DNA of 64,000 bases from assembly GCA_001803415.1 (NCBI GenBank), contig MHDC01000040.1:21869-85868 (forward strand), in the 5' to 3' direction. Under the pieces are notes generated by a model. It was not told the origin of the DNA. It saw only the letters and a list, made by a program, of their open reading frames with translations, and made no database searches. Position 1 is the first letter of the stretch, and every line of letters begins with the position of its first letter. Below, in pieces: positions 40,583 to 47,910 of this stretch. The stretch is from Microgenomates group bacterium RBG_16_45_19. Its GTDB lineage: Bacteria > Patescibacteriota > Microgenomatia > UBA1400 > RBG-16-45-19. The translations under genes and the position numbers were made by a program.

Positions 40583-42433
40583 TTAAATCATTTTGAGGTA
40601 CTCATCTTGAATCAGGTCGTCATAGAACAGATGTAATTTTGTTAAGGCACTTCTTTTGCGTTGGTCTAATTGATTGCCAGTCCACCTATATTTTCTCTTG
40701 AGCTCAGCATCCAATTGGGTAATTTCTACTCCCCTAAGTAAACCTATATTGATAAACTTCATTATCTCCCGTTCCTCAGGTGTCAGTGTCGCTAACGATT
40801 CGTACCAAGCTACTTGCTGACCCCCTCCAAGAGCTAATTGTCTATTGGCCGCTTCCAGCGCCATTTGCAGCTCTCGAATCTGATTTTCATAGTCGTGTGG
40901 TGCTCGCGGAATGTTATAAGTATGGTCTTCTCTTTCGGACGGAGGTTGGATTGACCTTAACTTTGTGGGTAAATTGTTTTCTTCTTCAATCTCTTCAGGA
41001 TGGGCTTCTTCATTAGGTATTTGAAAGACGTCGTCTCTGCCCGCCTCCTCCTCAACGGTCTTAATTGGAGCTAAATCATCCAAATACGAAGTCAATAGTT
41101 CAGCCTCATTTAACCCGCCTTCTGAAGCAACTTCATCGATTACTAAAGATGGCTTTGGTTGATAGCTCATCTTTCCCTTAACATAGACAACTTTACCTCC
41201 TAAAATTCCCGACAATATGTCGAGGTCGCAGGGATTGCTTATCAATAGATCAATTAATTCACTATTCCCCTCAATTATTGCTAAAGCTTGGGAAACAACC
41301 CTCACCTGATCAGTATTTAAATTATGCTTTTTGATAATCGAGACCATAAGTTGCTGTAATCGAAAATTATTGGGCAATTCTTCAACCATGGCAAAAAACT
41401 TAACTGGGTTAAATACCCCGTCGCCAATGTGACCTCCACCCTGAGAAGTACGGACTTGCCCGATAATTTCAGAAAAGGAATTTTCCGCGCACCGAATTTG
41501 TTGATAAAGCGACCCCACATCACTGTTCCACAGCATAGCTTTCTGTTTTGCCCATTGGATGGTTGCTTGGGATGTCTCTGGAGTTAGACCTAAGTTTTTA
41601 CCCGGTTGTTTGGTTGAAGATGAAGTAACGGCTAAATTTAAGATTTGTGACAACTGCAATCCTTGTTGACTCCATGGAGATACCTGGTATGAACGGAACA
41701 TGAAAGTAATCATGCGCGGGAATTTAACCGCCTTTGCCGACCGGGCAGCCGCTCGAACACGTTCATCAAATAATTCTTCATCAGTCATCCCAAAAGCTAA
41801 TCTGGCTTCGATAAATTGCGCGCCGATTTGCCGCAGCGCATCGGTTCGGTGATAGCCGTCCACAATATCAAAGACAATAAGCCCACCAACATTACGTGGT
41901 CGAACCCAAATATTTACCTATTGTCCTGTAGACAGTTGATCCTTCAGAATATCCCGGTGATCTTCATCCACAATGCTGTCTTCAGAAACAATGTCTTTTA
42001 TCGGAATATCCCTGACTGAATGATCAATCAGGGCACCTTTTTGGCCCAGAAACAGTAATTGCCAATCTGTGGCCGTATTTAAATCAAAGTTTTGATTATC
42101 ATGAATTACCACCACGTTTGCAGTCGTTTGGCCACACAGCTTGAGGGCAAAAACAATAGCTGGTTTTTGTAGCAACTCTAAATGTAGAGCTTGGCTGTCG
42201 TCATTAACTTCCTTGACGACCAGCGCATGAGGAACAAATATACCGTTATTAATTGTTTGTGCCAGCTGCTTAATCATGGCCTGGTCATATTCCTTGGGGA
42301 ATCTTTGTTTAAGCTGCTGCGTCATTAACAGACAATCGATCGGCACCTTTTCAACTGTCAAACTGAGCCCTTCCCGCTCTGAAAGGTACTCTGACACGCT
42401 CTCGTTTTGTTCAAGCTCTAACATAATCACCAT
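40583..42433 (-). pseudogene. ParB/Srx-fold domain protein with C-terminal sigma70-region-4-like HTH, interrupted by one in-frame TAG
   Basis: ORFs 41918..42433 and 40583..41863 share one frame and are separated only by TAG (minus-strand codon at 41920-41918). Reading through gives ...DILKDQLSTGQ*VNIWVRPRNVGGLIVFDIVDGYHRTDAL..., a contiguous ParB N-terminal-type domain with the DGxHR motif. C-terminal LTPEEREIMKF...RKRSALTKL resembles a sigma70 r4/LuxR HTH. About 38-40% GC against about 50% in the flanks. Confidence 0.6.
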
Positions 42434-42684
42434 TCAGGCAAGCATGGGTAAAATAAGCATATATCGTAATATATGAATCAAATCAGAACAATCAGTAACT
42501 TAACCATACTAGATATTATCACAACACTATCTGGAGAGAGTTATTGGAAAAAAGCAAGAAAGTTCGTGTTAGCGTTGAATAGGGTATCAGTTAGAATACG
42601 AGCCTGTCTGGAAATAGTTGCTTTGTGGTTTGATCTAATCCCGAGGTGAATTGATCACAGTCCTCCCGGGGTGAAAAGCAAAAT

Positions 42685-42714
42685 TTGGACGGAACATTAG
42701 AGACCCGTTATACT
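42685..42714 (+). promoter_or_regulatory. Promoter of the DUF360-like gene
   Basis: TTGGAC (42685-42690), 18 nt, TATACT (42709-42714), then 6 nt to GTG 42721. The track's TTG start at 42685 coincides with the -35 box. Confidence 0.5.
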
Positions 42715-42720
42715 AAACTG

Positions 42721-43104
42721 GTGAAACCTTTCCTCAAGCAAATTCTCATTACCCTCTTGGCTTTATGGTTGGTGGCCTCCCTGACTCAAAGCCTGGTGGC
42801 CGAGCCACCCTTCCCCACCTTACCCATCGCCGCTTTCTGGTTAACTATATTCCACACCCTGGTCAAACCCTTTCTTAAAATCCTCATTTTACCTTTAAAC
42901 GTGGTCACTCTCGGTCTGATTGGCTGGCTGGTCAACCTCGGCCTGCTTTACCTGGTCACGCTCTTAGTCCCCGGTTTGGCTCTCGTCCCCTTCAATCTGA
43001 CTCTGGGTGAGCTTTCCCTCTATTTTTCACCTTTGATAGCTGCTTTTCTGACTGCCTTACTCATTGAGCTCACCCGCCGCTTTTTTCACTGGCTTTTGAC
43101 TTAA
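42721..43104 (+). CDS. Small 4-TM membrane protein, DUF360 / phage-holin-4-like family
   Basis: LVKPFLKILILPLNVVTLGLIGWLVNLGLLYLV matches, from memory, the conserved core of PF04020-type proteins. Start GTG 42721 is preferred over TTG 42685. Confidence 0.5.
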   Translation: MKPFLKQILITLLALWLVASLTQSLVAEPPFPTLPIAAFWLTIFHTLVKPFLKILILPLNVVTLGLIGWLVNLGLLYLVTLLVPGLALVPFNLTLGELSLYFSPLIAAFLTALLIELTRRFFHWLLT

Positions 43105-43134
43105 GCCATTAGCCCCATATGATACAATCTATCC

Positions 43135-43335
43135 ATGTGGCTTAATTTTATCCAAATGGGTCTCGGTCTCTTGATTATCGTCCTGGTCATGCTTCAAAGC
43201 CAGGGTGGCGGTTTGGGGACCACTTTTGGTGGTTTGGCCACCTACCATACCAAACGTGGTTTAGAAAAAGGCATGTTTTTTACCACCATTGTCTGCGTCA
43301 GTCTATTCGGTTTGTTGTCTATTATTAGCTTGTGA
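43135..43335 (+). CDS. secG: Preprotein translocase subunit SecG
   Basis: 66 aa, two TM helices with the LQSQGGGLGTTFGG loop. TACAAT (43123-43128) lies 6 nt upstream of the ATG. Confidence 0.8.
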   Translation: MWLNFIQMGLGLLIIVLVMLQSQGGGLGTTFGGLATYHTKRGLEKGMFFTTIVCVSLFGLLSIISL

Positions 43336-44702
43336 AACTCCTCCGTCGCTGGTACTGGCTCAGTTCTGGTTTCTTAAAAAAATACCGTCTGGGTATATTT
43401 ATCAGCCTGCTTATCGGCGTTAGCGCTTTCTTAGCCAGTTTACGCCTGGTACCGATCATGTCCTTTAAACCGACTTATCACCTCGGACGGGTGGCCCGTC
43501 TCCAGGTCAATCAACTTCCCTTGGACATACAGTATCTCCTAAGCACAGGTCTAACTAAAATCGAGGCCAACGGTCAAGTCTCATTATCGGCCGCTCAATC
43601 GATGGATGTCTCTCCCGACGGTAAGACTTACACTTTCACTTTGAAACCCGGTTTGACTTGGTCCGACGGCACCCTAGTCAACACGGCCGATTTGGAACTT
43701 AAACCCAGTGACGTGACGGTGGAAACGCCGACAGCCAGCACCATCATCTTCACCCTCAAGGAACCGTTCGCTCCCTTTCCCTCGGTGGTCAGTCAACCCT
43801 TACTTAAAAAAGTCACTACCGGTCGGCTCTGGCCTCGTTCCCGTCTTATCGGCCTCTATCAGCCCGTGATTACCGATATCCAAACCAAACAGTCATTTGT
43901 CGACCAAGTCCGCCTGGAATTCACCGACAAAACTTACGTCTATCACTTTTATCCCACCGAAGCTGATAGTCTCACCGCCTTCAAATTAGGCCAAGTTGAT
44001 GCCATTACCTCTCTGACCAGACCCTATCTCACCGATTGGTCGTCGGTCGTTATCGATCAAACCCCTCAACCTAACCGTTACGTCGCCCTTTTTTTCAACA
44101 CCGCCCGACCTGAGCTCCAGGATAAAACTGTCAGACAAATGCTCAATTACGCCACCCCCAAAGATTTCACCACCGAACGGGTGATCAGCCCCATTGCCAG
44201 ATCCTCCTGGGTTTATAATCCACAAGTTAAACCCTATCCCTACCAACCTCAAACCGCTAAAGATTTACTCTCTAAATTGCAAACCAGTCAACCCGGATAC
44301 CAGCCCCAATTCACTCTAACCACCACCCCGGCTTACGCCCAAACGGCTCAAGCCATCGCCGCCGCCTGGGCTGATATAGGTCTAGTAGTCGACCTAAAAA
44401 TTGTCCCTTTTCCGGATCCGACCGATTACCAGATTATGCTTATCGGTCAACAAATTCCTGACGACCCTGATCAATACGCTCTCTGGCATTCCACTCAAGG
44501 TACCAATATCAGCCGCTATCAAAATCCCAAAATTGATAAACTCCTCGAAGACGGCCGCAAGGAACTCAATCCCCAAAAACGTCAAGAAATCTACCAAGAA
44601 TTCCAACGCTTCCTGGTTGAAGACAGCCCGGCTGTTTTCCTCTATACCCTGCCTAACTTCAATCTCAGCCGCTCTGCCCCATCCCACCGTTTGCCCAGTT
44701 AA
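43332..44702 (+). CDS. ABC-transporter family-5 (peptide/nickel type) solute-binding protein, membrane-anchored, orphan
   Basis: 456 aa. N-terminal TM anchor. YTFTLKPGLTWSDGTLVNTADL and later blocks are typical of SBP_bac_5. No permease or ATPase genes nearby. GTG start overlaps the secG stop. Confidence 0.65.
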   Translation: MKLLRRWYWLSSGFLKKYRLGIFISLLIGVSAFLASLRLVPIMSFKPTYHLGRVARLQVNQLPLDIQYLLSTGLTKIEANGQVSLSAAQSMDVSPDGKTYTFTLKPGLTWSDGTLVNTADLELKPSDVTVETPTASTIIFTLKEPFAPFPSVVSQPLLKKVTTGRLWPRSRLIGLYQPVITDIQTKQSFVDQVRLEFTDKTYVYHFYPTEADSLTAFKLGQVDAITSLTRPYLTDWSSVVIDQTPQPNRYVALFFNTARPELQDKTVRQMLNYATPKDFTTERVISPIARSSWVYNPQVKPYPYQPQTAKDLLSKLQTSQPGYQPQFTLTTTPAYAQTAQAIAAAWADIGLVVDLKIVPFPDPTDYQIMLIGQQIPDDPDQYALWHSTQGTNISRYQNPKIDKLLEDGRKELNPQKRQEIYQEFQRFLVEDSPAVFLYTLPNFNLSRSAPSHRLPS

Positions 44703-46702
44703 GGCATCAACCGTTTCAGGGCTTCATTCTCCGGCGCTAACAAGATCGCTCGACTGAGCCAAAAGCGGTCAGCCTCGATTTGACTCTCCTGAGATAGTTG
44801 GAGTTGATCTAAATATTGAGTTAGCGACGGTGGCGTGTAAGCGGCGTAAGTGTTGTGGGCTTGGTAGGCCCAATTTGCGATGGCTAACGACTCGGTCAAA
44901 GCCGTTCCTGTGGCCGTCGTTGGTGCCAGGGTCAAAGCCTGCTGCCGTAGTTGTTCGGCCGCTGCCGGGTAGCCTAACCTAGCCCAATAATAAGCCAGCT
45001 GGGCTAGAATCTCTGCCTGTTGAGCTCGGAAACCTTGCCACCACGGGTGTAACCGGTCTTGGCTGACGACTGCTGGTGTTTGATAACCAAATTTGGTTAA
45101 CGGTTCGGGCATCGTCCGGCCGATTGCCAAGGTATAACCGTAGGGAGCCGCATAAAAAGGATTCCCTTCGACTCCTAAAAAGCTAAGTAGGGCCGCACTG
45201 GGATCATACAGAAAGATCGGTTGATTTAAGTCCGACCAAACCGACATGATTCGCTCTAAAGCTTCGGTCTCGGTCGTTAATTTGGCAAATGGCAGCTTAA
45301 TCTGATTTGGTGGCAGCGCCGTCAACTCAAATCTTAACGGTCGCACCTGGATATCTGGCCTTAAACCCAAGACCAACTGTTGATAGAGTAGCGCAAATAT
45401 CAAATCACCATCAACCAATAAATGACTATTCAAGGGTAGGGAATTAAGCACCGCTTGCGCCTGACCGGCCATCACCTCGGGTTGACTTAAGTGGCTCTGG
45501 TTTAACCGCCAACCGGACCACCCACTCATCATTAAACCGGCGACCAAACCCCACCCCAGCCAATTTTGTTTCAGTCTCAACAATTGATCCCAGCCCCAAC
45601 TGGTCATCAACACTAGGGGCAGCGCGGCGGCATACTGCATTCGCCAGCGTAAGGCTAAGCCCCACCAATAAGCCACTTCGTTTGCCGCAGGCCAGGTAGG
45701 AAATCTAAGGTATAGGGCCACCGCCAAACCAGCCAGGCCAAAACTCACTCCCAACCACCAAAAGACTCGGCGTTCCCGTTTAAATAAACTGAATAAGCCC
45801 AATATCGCCAGCCCCAAACCTAAGCCATGGCTCTCTTGCATCCAACCTTTAGCCCAGACTACCGCCGACTGGGTTAACTGCCGACCATCAAACTTGTTGA
45901 CATCCAGCTCAATGGCCGACCCTTGACTGGTATAACTTAAGCGACGATAAAACTTTAAGACCCCACTAACGCTTGGCTCCACCGGCCAGCTATAATCAGC
46001 CTCGTTTCTCGGCCAAATTCCATACAGACTAAACGATAAGCCAAACATTAACCCCAGGCCGATTAAAGCCCTGATCACCCATGGTTTTTGAGATAATCGC
46101 TTGGCTCGTGTCACTTGCCAGCCAAAGATCCAGCTCGGCAAGATCAAGGTCACCGTTAAGGGATGATAAAACAACGCCGCCCCCCCAAACATTCCCGCCC
46201 CCAAGCCATACCACCGCTGTTTATCCATCCGGGTCACCGCCTCCACTAAGCTCCACCAAGCTAAAAGACAGAAACTTTGGGCCAAAGGAAATACCTCCAA
46301 GACTCGCGCATTTAGCCAAGTAGTTTGCCATAAACCAAATCCTACCGCACTTAAACCGGCTGCGGCTAACCAGCGCTTTCGACCCCTTTTGCCAAAACGT
46401 GTCCCGATGGTGTAGCTTAACCCCATTACCAAGCCCACATTCAGGGCACTGATACCACTGTTAAACCGGTTGGCGGCTAAAGCCACTTGAGGTCCCTGAA
46501 ATCCATGAAGCCAGGGATAAAGTAAACTGACCAGATAGGGATAACCGGGGGGGTGAGCCAAACCGCCAAAATAGGCGGCCATGGTTAAATCGTCCGAATC
46601 GGCATAATTCACCGGTCCTTTAAAGGCAAAATAACCATAAAGGCCAAAGAAGCCTAAGCCAATTACCAAGCCGACTAACCTTAATCCTTTCATCAGCCTC
46701 AA
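44699..46702 (-). CDS. DUF2723/TMEM260-like GT-C-fold membrane glycosyltransferase-like protein with C-terminal TPR region (paralog A)
   Basis: 667 aa, more than 10 TM helices. First-loop acidic motif plus signature YADSDDLTMAAYFGGLAHPPGYPYLVSLLY. Soluble C-terminal helical-repeat tail (AQLAYYWARLGYPAAAEQLRQQALTLAP). Confidence 0.7.
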   Translation of the reverse strand: MRLMKGLRLVGLVIGLGFFGLYGYFAFKGPVNYADSDDLTMAAYFGGLAHPPGYPYLVSLLYPWLHGFQGPQVALAANRFNSGISALNVGLVMGLSYTIGTRFGKRGRKRWLAAAGLSAVGFGLWQTTWLNARVLEVFPLAQSFCLLAWWSLVEAVTRMDKQRWYGLGAGMFGGAALFYHPLTVTLILPSWIFGWQVTRAKRLSQKPWVIRALIGLGLMFGLSFSLYGIWPRNEADYSWPVEPSVSGVLKFYRRLSYTSQGSAIELDVNKFDGRQLTQSAVVWAKGWMQESHGLGLGLAILGLFSLFKRERRVFWWLGVSFGLAGLAVALYLRFPTWPAANEVAYWWGLALRWRMQYAAALPLVLMTSWGWDQLLRLKQNWLGWGLVAGLMMSGWSGWRLNQSHLSQPEVMAGQAQAVLNSLPLNSHLLVDGDLIFALLYQQLVLGLRPDIQVRPLRFELTALPPNQIKLPFAKLTTETEALERIMSVWSDLNQPIFLYDPSAALLSFLGVEGNPFYAAPYGYTLAIGRTMPEPLTKFGYQTPAVVSQDRLHPWWQGFRAQQAEILAQLAYYWARLGYPAAAEQLRQQALTLAPTTATGTALTESLAIANWAYQAHNTYAAYTPPSLTQYLDQLQLSQESQIEADRFWLSRAILLAPENEALKRLMP

Positions 46703-47337
46703 TCAACCTTTAGTGGGTGGATAATCTGGGGTAAATCACCTAACGGGGTAAACAAGATTTCTTTAACATCAGTCCCCTCAATTAAACTGATGCTGGCGTT
46801 GAAAGCTGCTTGCTCACCCGGCTTTAACACTTGACTGTTATTCACCGATAAAGCGGCTTTCGGGACAATAATATCGCCGTCTTTCATGATCGACACCGCC
46901 AACAGAGTCGGCAAACCACTACTGACGGCTTTATTGGTCAAAGTGGCATCGACCATAAATTTTCTGGCTGTTGGTTCAGCTAAATTTATTGATAATCTGG
47001 GATAGCTCAAATCCAGCCTATACCCATCATAATCATACATACCCCCTTTGCCGTAATTAACCGCGGTTTCGTCGGGATTTACCGTGGGTTCTGGCTGTTC
47101 AGGACTCGGTTTGGCTAAATCAGTCTCTGACGCTTGTTCACCCAAGACCACTCCGGGCAGGGCTGATTGGGTTAACTGGGCTAAGATGGCTACCGCCTCT
47201 TCCGTCGGCGGCGTCGGTATCAACGAACCGGCTAATAATCGACTCAAGGCAAAAAAGCTGACCACCACCACTAATAACAGCACCACGCCGCTAAACAACA
47301 GTTCTTCCCTAAACTGTGACAAATCCGCCGTTTTCAT
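46699..47337 (-). CDS. Membrane-anchored hypothetical protein with extracytoplasmic beta-rich domain
   Basis: 212 aa. One TM helix (LLFSGVVLLLVVVVSFFAL), a Pro/Glu/Thr linker, then a beta-sandwich-like segment (KFMVDATLTNKAV...VLKPGEQAAFNASISL). ATGA overlaps with both neighbours. Confidence 0.5.
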   Translation of the reverse strand: MKTADLSQFREELLFSGVVLLLVVVVSFFALSRLLAGSLIPTPPTEEAVAILAQLTQSALPGVVLGEQASETDLAKPSPEQPEPTVNPDETAVNYGKGGMYDYDGYRLDLSYPRLSINLAEPTARKFMVDATLTNKAVSSGLPTLLAVSIMKDGDIIVPKAALSVNNSQVLKPGEQAAFNASISLIEGTDVKEILFTPLGDLPQIIHPLKVD

Positions 47338-47870
47338 TTTCGTTTAGCCCGGCTGTTTGAGCGCTTAAATATGGGCGCCACCCAATCAATCCGGTCTGTC
47401 TCCAACCTCAATTGTTCTTCCCATGGTACTTTGGCCAACCCCACAAACACCGGGTCGTTCATGACTGTCCCTGGAAGTTGTTTTTGCCAACGCTTCAAGT
47501 GCCATTCCACTCGCTCCAACATTAAACTCAAAGCCGCCAAGGTTCGCTCCAATCGTTTCCAGGCTTCGGCCGGTGGTTGATCAGCCGCGATCACCTTCAG
47601 GTAGGCGTTTAATTCCGCCTCACTCCTTAAGGCAAATCCTAGCCAACTCTCCAAATATAAGGGTAAATGGACGAGTTGCGCCCAACTGAGTCGGGCGGCC
47701 TGCTGCCGCTCGGCCGGTTGCTCGTCTAAACTCTGATACCATTTGAGCCAAAATCGCTGTCCCGGGCCGCTCTCCAGACTGCGTTTCAGTCTTTTGAGAT
47801 GTTGCTCTAAGGTCTGCTGATATTGTTGGCGCAGCTGTTCACTGGCCGATAAACTTTTCTGCATCTTCAT
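47334..47870 (-). CDS. Hypothetical helical cytoplasmic protein
   Basis: 178 aa, Gln/Leu/Arg/Glu-rich, no TM segment, no recognisable motif. First gene of the minus-strand trio 47870-44699, divergent from the ATPase-like operon. Confidence 0.45.
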   Translation of the reverse strand: MKMQKSLSASEQLRQQYQQTLEQHLKRLKRSLESGPGQRFWLKWYQSLDEQPAERQQAARLSWAQLVHLPLYLESWLGFALRSEAELNAYLKVIAADQPPAEAWKRLERTLAALSLMLERVEWHLKRWQKQLPGTVMNDPVFVGLAKVPWEEQLRLETDRIDWVAPIFKRSNSRAKRK

Positions 47871-47910
47871 CCTTGGCTCTCAGGTTGTTACTATATAAAT
47901 GTAGTTTACC

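Noticed and set aside
42685-42720. TTG 42685 as the start codon of the DUF360-like gene.
   Set aside because: TTGGAC at 42685 fits better as the -35 box of a TTGGAC-18-TATACT promoter. GTG 42721, 6 nt after the -10, gives a protein beginning at the first TM helix, matching the start geometry seen at other genes.
44699-44702. Identical 4-nt TTAA convergent stop-stop overlaps at the ends of both DUF2723 paralogs (44699-44702 and 55249-55252), considered as a possible recombination or insertion scar.
   Set aside because: TTAA is simply two overlapping TAA stops on opposite strands, and no extended shared flanking sequence was seen. It is noted within the bracket finding but not treated as a separate signal.
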